From: Mobula hypostoma
Taxonomy: Eukaryota
Assembly: GCF_963921235.1 (NCBI RefSeq)
Contig: NC_086097.1
Coordinates: 101,496,001-101,560,000, forward strand
Direction: 5' to 3'
DNA: 64,000 nt
Positions 39,501 to 51,500 of the stretch are shown here, piece after piece. Both the position numbers and the translations under genes were made by a program. Position 1 is the stretch's first letter; each line of letters starts with the position of its first letter. The notes beneath the pieces were generated by a model. The model saw only the letters and a list, made by a program, of their open reading frames with translations. It was not told the origin of the DNA and did not search any database.

Positions 39501-42500
39501 CTATACAGTTTAATACGTGGCTAAGGAGTTGATGCAGGAGGGAGGGCATCAGATTTTTGGATCATTGGGCTGTCTTCCAGGGAGGTGGGACCTGTAGAGA
39601 AGGGATGGTTTGTACCTGAACTGGAAGCTGTCTTCCTGCACGCGAGCTGAGCTCGTTGACTTTATTAACTTTGCCTCCAACTTTCACCCTGTCCTCAAGT
39701 TTACCTGGTCCATTTCCGACACCTCCCTCCCCTTTCTAGATCTTTCTGTCTCCATTTCTGGAGACAGCTTATCCACTGATGTCTACTATAAGCCTACTGA
39801 CTCTCACAGCTATCCGGACTATTCCTCTTCTCACCCTGTCTCTTGCAAAAATGCCATCCCCTTCCAGCAATTCCTCCGTCTCCACCGCATCTGCTCTCAG
39901 GATGAGGCTTTTCATTCCAGGACGAGGGAGATGTCCTCCTTTTTTAAAGAAAGGGGCCTTCCTTCCTCCACCATCAACTCTGCTCTCAAATGCACCTTCC
40001 CCATTTCATGCACATCTGCTCTCACTTCATCCTCCCGCCACCCCACTAGGAATAGGGTTCCCCTGGTCCTCACCTACCACCCCACCAGCCTCCGGGTCCA
40101 ACATATTATTCTCCGCAACTTCCGCCACCTCCAACGGGATCCCACCACTAAGCACATCTTTCCCTCCTCCCCCCCCGCTTTACGCAGGGATCGCTCCCTA
40201 CGCGACTCCCTTGTCCATTCGTCCCCCCCATCCCTCCCCACTGATCTCCCTCCTGGCACTTACCCTTGTAAGTGGAACAAGTGCTACACATGCCCTTACA
40301 CTTCCTCCTTTACCACCATTCAGGGCCCCAAACAGTCCTTCCAGGTGAGGCAACACTTCACATGAGAGTCGGCTGGGGTGATATACTGCGTCTGGTGCTC
40401 CCAATGTGGCCTTCTATATATTGGCGAGACCCGACACAGACTGGGAGATTGTTTTGCTGAACACCTATGCTCTGTCCGCCAGAGAAAGCAGGATCTCCCA
40501 GTGGCTACACATTTTAATTCCACATCCGATTCCCATTCTGACATGTCTATCCACGGCCTCCTGTACTGTAAAGATGAAGCCACACTCAGGTTGGAGGAAC
40601 AACATCTTATATTCCGTCTGGGTAGCCTCCAACTTGATGGCATGAACACTGACTTCTCTAACTTCCGCTAATGCCCCACCTCCCTCTCGTACCCCATCTG
40701 TTATTTATTTTTATACACACATTCTTTCTCTCACTCTCCTTTTTCTCCCTCTGTCCCTCTGACTATACCCCTTGCCCATCCTCTGGGATTTCCCCCCCCC
40801 CTTTTCCTTCTCCCTGGGCCTCCTGTCCCATGATCCTCTCATATCCCTTTTGCCAATCACCTGTCCAGTTCTTGGCTCCATCCCTCCCCCTCCTGTCTTC
40901 TCCTATCATTTTGGATCTCCCCCTCCTCCTCCCACTTTCAAATCTCTTACTAGCTCTTCCTTCAGTTAGTCCTGACGAAGGGTCTCGGCCTGAAATGTCT
41001 ACTGTACCTCTTCCTAGAGATACTGCCTGGCCTGCTGCGTTCACCAGCAACTTTGATGTGTGTTGCTTGAATTTCCAGCATCTGCAGAATTCCTCGTGTT
41101 TGAGCTTTAGGGAACCTTGTTCCCCCGCCCCCGCTCCCAAGAGATATTGAGGCCCTGGTTAAGAAAAAAAAGAGATGCATAGCAGATATAGGTGGGTAGG
41201 AACAAATGAGGTACTTACGGATTATAAGAAATGCAGGAGAACATTTAAGAAAGATATCAGGAGGACTAAAAAAAGGGCACGAGGTTGCTTTCACAGACAA
41301 GGTGAAGGTGAATCCTAAGGGTTTCTACAGATACATTAGGCATCCGTTAGTCTCGTGAGACCATAGATTTGCGCCTTGGAAGGGTTCCAAGGTGCAGGCC
41401 TGGGCAAGGTTGTATGGAAGACCGGCAGTTGCCCATGCTGCAAGTCTCTCCTCTCCATGCCACCAATGTTGTCCAAAGAAAGGGCATTAGACAGATACAT
41501 TAAGAGCAAAAGGATTGCAAGGGACAAAATTAGTCCTCTGGAAAATCAGAATGGTAATCCATGCGTGGACCCAAAAGAGATGGGGGAGATCTTAAATGGA
41601 TTTTTTGCATCTGTATTTACTCAGGAAAAGAACACTACAGAAGTTAGGCAAAGCAGCATCAACTTCATGGACGCTACACAGATTACAGAGAAGGTGTTTG
41701 CTCTTTTGGTGTAAATTAGGGTGGATAAATCCCCAGGGACAGAAAAGGTGTTCCTTCAGACCCTGTGGGAGGCAAGTGCAGAAATTTAAAATCATCCTTA
41801 GTGACAGCTGAGGTACCAGAGGATTGGAGGATAGCTAATGGTGTTTCACTGTTCAAGAAAGGCTCTAAAAGTAAACTAGGAAATTATAGGCTGATAATCC
41901 TGACATCAGTCGTGGTTAAGTTATCAGAAGCTATTCTAAGGTACCAGATAGGAGTATTTGGATGAACTTGGACTGATTAGGGATAGTCAGCAAGGCTTTG
42001 TGTGTGGTAGGTCACGTCTAACCAGTACTTTATTTTTTTCGAGGAAGTTACTAGGAAAGTTGATGAAGGCAAGGCAGTGGATGTTGTCTACATGGACTTT
42101 AGCAAGACATTTGACAAGGTCCCACGTGGGAGGTTGGGCAAGAAGGTTCAGTCGCTCAGCATGCAAAATTAAGTAGAAAATTGCATTAGAAATTGGCTTT
42201 GTGGGAGAAGCCAAGCGGTAGTAGATGGTTGCCTCTCTGATTGGAGGCCTGTGACTAGTGGAATGCTGCAGGAATCGGTACTGTGTCTATTGTTGTTTGT
42301 CATCTATATAAATGATATTGATGATAATGTGGTTAACTGGATCAGCAAATTTGCGGATGACACCAAAACTCAGGGTGTAATGGACAGCGAGGAAGGCAAT
42401 CGAGGCTTGTAGCAGGATCTGGACTAGCTGGTAAAATGGGCTGTAAAATGGCAGATGAAATTTAATGCAGAAAAAGACCTACAGAAATCTTTAGAACTTG

Positions 42501-45500
42501 CAACAGTCTGTTCACGTGTCTACTATAAGAAAAACACTGAACAAGAATGTTGTTCATGGAAGGACATCATGGAGGAAAATTACTGCTCTCCAAAAAAAAA
42601 CATTATTGCGTGTCTCAAGTTTGCAAAAGACCACCTGGATGTCCCACAATTCTTCTGAGACAATGTTCTGTGGACAGATGAGATAAAAGTTGAACATTCT
42701 GGCAGAAATGCACACCAATATGTTTGGAGGAAAAAGGGCACTGCACACACCAAAGCCAAAACCTCATCCCAACTGTGAAGCACGGTAGAAGGAACATCAT
42801 GGTTTGCGGTTACTTTGCTGCCTCAGGGCCTGGGCAGCCTGCAGTCATTGAAGGAACAATGAATTCAAAATTGTATCAAAACAGTTTACAGGAGAATGTA
42901 AGGGTAGTGGTCCATCACCTGAAGCTTAATAGAAGTTGGATAATGCAATAAGACAATGATGAAACACAAAAGTAAATCAACAATAGAAAGGTTTAAAAAA
43001 AAAAGAAAATTTCTGTTTCGGAATGGTCAAGTCAGAGTGCAGACCTTAACCCAATTGAGATGCTGTAGCATGACCTGAAGAGGGCTGCTCATGCAAGATA
43101 TCCCAGAAATATTAATAAACTGAAACAGTTTTGTATGGAGGAATGGTCTAAAATACCCCCTCACTGTTGTGCAAGTCTCATCAGCAATTACAGGAAATGT
43201 TTGGTGGAGGTTACTGCTGCTAAAGGAGGTTCTAACAGTTAATAAATACAAGGATTCCATACTTTTTCCAGCCTGGACTGTGAATGATTAACCAATGTGT
43301 TCAATGAAGACATGAAAAATACAATTGTTTGTGTATTATCAGCTTAGGCAGATTGTGTTTGTCTATTATTGTGACTTGCATGAAGATCAGACCACATTTT
43401 ATGAGTAATTAATGCAGAAAACAAATTTACAAATTTTTTCTTGCAACTGTAAATAAGGATGAAAGTGTAGAGAGAAAATGTACAAGTATTTTGCCGGGAC
43501 TGAGTTATAAGGGAAAATTGAATAGGTTAGGAATTTATTCCTTGGAACATAGAAAACTGAGGGAAGATTTGATAGAGGTATACAAAATTATGAGAGTTAT
43601 AGATAGGGTAAATGTAAACAGGCTTGGGCCTACAACTAGAGGTCATGGGTTAAGGGTGAAAGGTTTAAGGAGAACATGAGGGAAACTTCATTCAAAGGGT
43701 TCTGAGAGTGTAGATCGAGCTGTCAGTGCAAGAAGTACATATGAGATCAAATTCAACATTTTAGAGTAGTTAGAGTATGTACATAAATGGTAGGGATATG
43801 GAAGCTGAAGGGAGTAGGCAGTTTAAATGGTTTAGCACTGGCTAGATAGGCTGAAAGACCTGTTTCTATGCTGTACTCTTCTGACTCTCTATGACTGACC
43901 ATAGGCAACATCCTCTCCATTCTATCTAGACCTTTCAATATTCCATGGTCTCAATGAGCTATTCAGCCCTTCAAGTCTTCTCCGCCATTCCACTGTGGCT
44001 GATTTGCTGTCCTTCTCAACACCATTCTCCTACCTTCTACCCGTAACCTTTAAAACCCTTAGTACCTGAGATCAGTTGTGGAAGATTACAGCAGAGAGTA
44101 CAGATTGGCTGCTGATCATTAACCTGAAATGGTGATAGATACGAGGAAAAGCAAATATGCCTCAAAGTAGGAACAAGATGAAAATTGGCAACAAAGGCAA
44201 TTAAATTTTCTATTTCCATTAGGTGTACAGGCAGCAGTAAAATTTCAAACTGTCAAATGCTAACTGAATTATGTTTATACCCTGGTAAAATTACCAATTA
44301 TTCTCTCATCTCAATGGATTAATACATATCATCTCTACTTGCTAAGAGACTAATACAGCTAATTTATCTACTGCGAAGTGAACCTTACTTGGCTCTGGTT
44401 GGCAGTTTTGCAGAGAACCACCCTGCAGTTCCATTTAACTGACTTGCGTACACTTGCAAGAGAACAATGAAGTCAAAATGAGCTGGGGGTTGTTCTGTAC
44501 TAACTCTAGATAAGCTTCGGACATTAACACTAGGGCCTGAAGTGTTGAAGCCAGGGGCCAGACCCACCTTGCACAAAGTCCCCTCAGCTTTACATTGGCC
44601 ATAGATGATTTAAGGAGCAAACCTCATTCACTGAAGGCAGTTGCTGACCTCGAGTACAAAGTGCACAGAAATGGGTGTAATTTTAAAATTTTGCTTACTT
44701 TAATTTTTTTGGTTAAATTGTAATACTTCAAAGTTGTTTAAATTATTTATTATTGTTTTGTCAGTTCTTTTTAGTATTTACCAACTGAAATCAGTTCCAA
44801 GTCCTTTGGCAACACTATTGTCCAAAGTCTATCTAGGATCAGGGCTCAGGATCAGCTTTTAACAACAAGTTACCTCTTGTGGCCCACACCACTTCACAGG
44901 AGCACTCTCAGACATGGCTAACTCACCATATCCTTAGAGATTAAATTACTAGTTGTACTCTGGACTCAGATGGATCACTCTCGTTAACTTTACAGAACTT
45001 CATAGACCATTCAATTACCTTTATTAAAGGCCTTCCCAACATTGGGCTTGGAATCTAAGACTTACCGTGCAGAGCATCCTCATAGAGTGCATGAACCCCT
45101 TCTGGAACGATGACTGCTAAAGCGGTGCCACACAGAAGACCAGCACCAAGAACTGTCACCAACTTCAATCTTTCCTGGAGAGAAATAGGCAAAAATTTTA
45201 TTGGCATCCTGAAACCTGCAAGGATGAAATTATAGATAAAAAGGCCATGCCATCTGTGGTAGCAGTAAATGGAATTATTTCCTACCTTTGTAATAGCTAG
45301 ACTCACAGCAGTACAGCATGGAAACAGGCCCTTCAGTCCAACTCATCCATGCTGACCCCATTTACCTCTAAACCCCACCAGTCCATGTAATCATCAAAAG
45401 GTTTTTTAATGCTCTTATTGTATCTACCTCAAGCACTGGCAATTTATTCCACATTTGCACCACCTTCTGCACAAGGTGCCTCTTGGGTCCCTTTTAAATC

Positions 45501-48500
45501 TTTCAACTCTCACCCTCGCGTTTTTGGTTCTCCTCTCTGGATAAAGACTATGTGCATATGTTCTATCTATACTCCTGTTGATTCTGTACCCCTCAATTTC
45601 CTATGTTCCAAGGAATAAAGTTCTAGTCTGTTCAACTACTCCCAAAAACTCAGTACTTTGAGTCCTGGCAACGTCCTCCTGAATTTTCTCTGCATTCTTT
45701 CTAGTTTAATGATGTCCTTCCTACAACAGGGTGATCAAGATCAATATTCCAAGCACAGACAAGAGAAAATCTGCAGATGCTGGAAATCCAAGCAACGCAC
45801 ACAAAATGCTAGAGGAACTCAGTAGGCCAGGCAGAATCTATGGAAAAAGAGTACAGTCGATGATTCACGCTAAGACTCTTTAGCAGGACTGGAGAAAAAT
45901 GTTCCAAGTATGGTCTCACTAATATCTTGTACAACATAACATCCAATTCCTGTACTCAATGTCCTGACCAATAAAGTTGCAGAATGGTGAAGCAGACTCA
46001 AAGGGCCAAATGGCACCTATGTTTTATGGTCTGAGCCTAGTGTGCCAGATGCTTTCTTCCCCACCATGTCTACCTGCAATGTCACTTTCAGTGAACTAAG
46101 CAAGACCAAAAGAGCATGAGACATAGCAGCAGAATTAAGCCATTTGGCCCATCAAGTCTTCTCTGCCATTTCTTCAAGGTTAATTTACTATCACTCTCAG
46201 TCCCATTCTCCTGCCTTCTCCCTCTAACCTTTGATGCCCTTACTAATCAAGAACCTATCAACCTCCACTTTAAATAAACTCAATGACTTGAATTCCACAG
46301 ATTCACCATTCTCTGGCTAATGAAATTCCTCCTCACCTCTGTCTAAAGCGACATCCTTCTATTCAGAGCTGGTGCCCTCTGGTCCTAGACTCCACCACTA
46401 TTTTCTGTGCTACAGGTTTGTCTAAATAGTGATTTGTTTCCTCTTAACCCCAGTCCTCCAAGATTAAATATTAGCATTCCAATAGCTTATTGATCTTTAT
46501 ACAGTGGTGCTAGAAAGTTTGTGAACCTTTTATAATTTTCTCTATTTCTGCATAAACATGACCTAAAATGTGATCAGATCTTCATGCAAGTCTAAAACTA
46601 GATGAAAAGAACCCAATTAAATAATACAAAAACATTATACTTTTTCCTTTATTTATTGAGAAAATGATCCAATATTACATGTATTTGTTGGAAAGTATGT
46701 GAACCTCTAGGATTATCAGTTCATTTAAAGGGTAAATTAGACTACAGATGTTTCAATCAATGAGATTACAATCAGATATGAGTGTGGGAGGCCCCACCCT
46801 ATTTAAGGAATATAAACCTGCATCTTCACTATCAAAGTTTGATCTTCCATCACATAGGGTTTGGAAGTATGCCATGCCTCAACCAAATGAGATTTCTGAG
46901 GACCTCAGAAAAAAATGTTGTTGATGCTCACCAGGCTGGAAAAGAATACAAAACCATTTCTAAAGAATTTGGGCTTTGCCAATCCACAGTCAGGCAGATG
47001 GTCTACAAATAGAGGAAATTCAACAGCATTACTACTCTCCCCAGGAGTGGTCAACCTACAAAAATCACTCGAAGAGCAAGGCGTATAATATTCCAGAAGG
47101 TCAAAGACCCCAGGGTAACATCTAAGGAGCTATAGGCCTCTCTTGCATTGGCCAATGTCAGTGTTCATGAGCCTACCATTAAGCAAACTCTGAACAACAA
47201 TTGCAAGGAAAAAGTCACTACTCTCCAAGAAGAACATTGCTGTCTGCCTAAAATTTGCTAAAGACCACATGGATAAGCCAGAAGGCTATTGGAAGAATGT
47301 TCTGTGGATGGATGAGTCCAAAATAGAGCTTCTTGACTTAAATGAGAAGCGTTATGTTCGGCAAAAAGCAAACACTGCATTCCATCATAAAAACCCCATT
47401 CCATCTGTGAAACATGGTGGTGGCAGTGTCATAGTTTGGGCCTGTTTTGCTGCCTCTGGACCAGGACAGCATGCCATCACTGATAGAGCTATGAATTTTT
47501 TTTTATGATTTAAATTTTATTGAATTCTTTTACAAATTTTCCCCCGAATCCTTGAGTCAGTGTTGCAATTATGTAAATCATAGCTTACAAAACAGAAAAT
47601 TACCCATAAAATAAAAAATAAACATGGCAGAAATAAATATCAATATAATAACCATGTGCGTCTATTTAGACCTCTAACATAAAAGACTGTCATTGAGCAA
47701 TATGCTTCACCACACAGTCACCACTATTTCCCCCTCCAGGAAACCTAAATATTTGCCCCATTTTTGTGTATAGATGTCCAATCTATCAAACTGTTTGTAA
47801 GCCATGCATTCAAAAGCTGCCACTTTGGCTATTTCTGCGGCCCACTCCTGAAATGATGGTGCCCCCCCCCCCCAGTTCCTCCAATCTCTGAGTATAATTT
47901 GTCTTGCTACCATTATACTTGTCTGAATCCAATTCTGAGAGTGTTTATCCCCAAGTAACCCAAGTGTGTCTCCCAAAACAAAAAGTCTGGGGCAGAAAGG
48001 GAGTTGAATACCCAAAACTTCACCAATATACTTATGTATCATAATCCAAAATACTTGAGTTCTGGGACACGACCAGAGAGCATGTACTAAGTCCCCTTTA
48101 TCCACCTCTCAGCGCCAGCGTTCAGGGGTGTTTTTCAACCCTCATCTATGTAATCTTGCTGGAGTCCAATAGAAACAGTGTAGGATCTTAAATTGAATAA
48201 GGCCCACCCTCAGGTCTCTTGACATTGTTTTGACATTCTTGCAAATTTTGCCCCACTCCTCTGTCTTAAAAGTCACACTCAGGTCTTTTTCCCATGCTCT
48301 TTTAAGACCCAACAGAAAGTTGTCCCCGGAGATTTGTGTTAAAGCTGAATAATAAGTTGAGGCTTCGTGACCTTTACCATATGCAGCCAGTACAGTAGAC
48401 AGTATTGTAGCAACTTGTGGGGGTTGCTGTGTAGAACCAAAAGCTGTATGTGGCAAATGACGCAATTGAAGATATCTCCAAAATTGTGACCTAGAGATAT

Positions 48501-51500
48501 CATACTGTTGGGTTAATTGATTTAAAGATTTTAAACTGTCACCACTTTAAAGGTCTCCCAATTTAATTATACCTTTCCCTTGCCATTCCCTCCAGAAGAA
48601 AGGGGACTTATCAATACACAATTTTGGATTCATCCACATACTCAAGGTTTCATTCTAATATGGATTAAATTTAAATAATCTGGCTAGCTTATTCCAAAAC
48701 AAATGCATATGCGATATAATTGGGTGAGACCTTGCCTCAGGAGGTAACTTGATAGACAAACATTGTAACGGAGAGATGGGAGGAAGAGCAGAACACTCAA
48801 TACGATACCAAGGAGGCGCTCTCTCCGAAGGAGGAGACCAATGTGCTAAACGCTTAAGAGTAAAGGCATAGTAATAGCATTTTAACTTCGGCAAACCTAA
48901 GCGCCCCCCCCCCCACTGGCAATTGTAATTTGTTAAAGTTTAAGGCTACGTCCACAGTACGCCGGATAATTTTGAAAACAAAGCTTTTTTTCTTCGTTTT
49001 GACCCTCTGTCCACACTAAAACAGTGTTTTCATCCCCCGAAAACGGAGATTTTCAGAAACGGTCTCCAGAGTGAATAAATCTGAAAACGCCTAATATCCG
49101 TTGCAGTGTGCGGGGTAACTGGAGCTTTTTAAAACCGCTGTCATGACGTGCCGGAACAGATGGCAACAGCGCGGCATTTCATTGTTTTCTTATTATTACT
49201 ATTACTACTTTATTATCGCCAAACAATTGATACTCGAGCGTACAATCATCACAGTGATATTTGATTCTGCACTTCACAGAACCTAACAGTTTCAGAACAG
49301 ACGGCAACGAGACTGAAGCCAGAAGAGTTAGAAATGTACTCACCAAATACTTTGACCCATAGCTTACTGAATAAATAAGTATACTCACTTTGCCCTGTTT
49401 TCTGTCCTTGGGAGGAATGTTTCTTCTGGAGCAGGTTCCTGATTTTTAATGTCATTTTCATCAAACCATCAGTCTTGATTTCTTCTTGAAAAGTTCCCAA
49501 CTACCTTGACAGCCACATCTTGTATGGCAGTCTTCAGGTCCTCCCATTTCTTTCGTGTCAGAGTCTGCACTTGGGGTGCTTTTGCTATCCAGTGTCTCCC
49601 TTAGCTTAAACTGGAGCACATCTTGAAGAACAAAGAGTTTATCCACCTGAAGTCTCTTTGAGCGTGGTCTCCTTTTCCTTATTTCTGGCTTGATAGCCAA
49701 TCTAATTTTCTCCCTGACCAATCTGTGATCAGTATAACAGCCTGCACACGGCATGACTCTGGTGTGTAAAACATCCGACACATCCCTCTGGCGCACCAGG
49801 ATATAGTCCAGGAGGTGCCAGTGTTTGGATCGGGGATGTCTCCAGGTTGTCTTGAGCCTGGCTTTCTGCTGAAACAATGAATTTCCAGAAACGTGTGGAG
49901 GAACCACCAGCTGCGTCTGCCACGGAAATCCAGGTGTACAGGGCTGCTGTTGCCACACTGCTATACGGCTCCGATGCCTGGGTCTCAACTGCAAGCAAGT
50001 CTGGTTGCTCGAGCGCTTCCATCAGTGCTGCCTCTCCACCATCATGGGCATCAGCTGGCTGGATCATGTCTCCAACAACGAGGTCCTGGAGAACCTCCAA
50101 GCACTGAGGCCACTTTACTGCTCAAGCAGCTCCATTGGTCAGGCCATGTCTCACATGGGCAGCTCCATGTTACTGAAATCAGTACCCTACAGAGAACTCT
50201 CTCAGGGCAAGAGAGATCGTGGAGCCCCATAAAAGAGGTAAGAGGACCAACTTAAGCAGCAGCTCTCACAGACAACTATCAACGTCAACGAGTGGTAGCA
50301 GGGCTTGTGACAGAGACCATTGAAGAACAATAATCCACTTAGTAGCTAAGAATTTTGATGAATCCGGAAGAGTGACTGCTGAAGAGAAGCAAAGGCGCAG
50401 GAAGGGTCCTACTATCCAAGTGCCCCCATCCCAGCTGTTCCTGTGTTGCTACTGCTCCGGAGTCTGCAAATCCAGAATTGGCCTCTACAGTCACCATCGA
50501 TTATTCAATTCTGTCTTCTGGTGCTATCTGTGTGAAGTTGTATGTTCCTCTTTTATCTGGTGGGTTTGTTCTTAGTGCTCTTGTTTCCTTTCCACATTCC
50601 AAACACATGTAGGTTGATAGGTTACTTGGATGTTATGAATTACTTGAGTGGTACACTGGAGCCACTGATGGGAATGTGGGAAGAATGTTAAAAGATATTA
50701 ATGAAACTGGATGCTTTATGGTTGGCATGTTATCAGTTTCCATACTTTGCGTCTGTGACTCAATCAAATGGCACTGACATCCCAAGGTTGATCTGTTCTG
50801 CCAACAGGGCAGGGCACACTAGGATTATATTGGAACATTATATCATTTATTGAGTATGACTAAGTAATATGAATATTTATTTTTGAATGGCTTTCCTCAA
50901 CTTATAGAAGAGAACTTCATAGTTGTCTAGCCTGAGAGCGTCTAAGGAAAGAACATACCACATAGCTTCTCAGGAAGAGATAATCACATTCCTACATTAA
51001 CTTCATGACTCCCATTCCTCCCCAAACAAACCACTGCACTGCAAGATCAATACTATTCCCTTTGCAGAGCAATGAGAGATGGACAATAAATACAATCTCA
51101 CTGTTAAAACTACGTTTTGGGAGGAAATGAAGATTTTAGAGCACTATAATAGCCACTATTATGAAAAACAATCCAAATCCTGGGTCATTATCAAATTATC
51201 AAACAAGTTAAAATAATATAGTTAATAAAAACTGTTCATGCAATAAGACAACTTTTATGTCAATCACTATTGTGCCTGATCAATGCTTTCTCTACCCAGA
51301 AATCCTTGATCCAAAGCCAAAATTGAGGCTTCCTCAAGCCCCTTAACTGTTATATCCAATGCTTCAAATTGCCTCTCAAGCATCCTTTGTTTTCAATGGC
51401 CTAGAGAAAAACTGAATATCCAGGAGATATTCAACCCACAGCATTCACAGAGGCAGCCTGATTGCCTAGACTTCTCCAACATTCACTTACAGATTTCTAG

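Larger units (their letters stand above)
35330..43895 (+). mobile_element. Old CR1 (ORF1 zinc finger and esterase, ORF2 pieces) hosting several nested insertions
   Basis: [11 protein letters not shown] (about 35420); VVVHVGTND...ISGLL (SGNH esterase-like, 39275-39532); RT pieces 41500-42475; 3' end 43452-43895. Confidence 0.85.

Noticed and set aside
45175..45306. N-terminal part of ORF 45055-45306 as an alternative start
   Set aside because: Intron sequence upstream of the exon 2 acceptor; the true N-terminus is at 61088.
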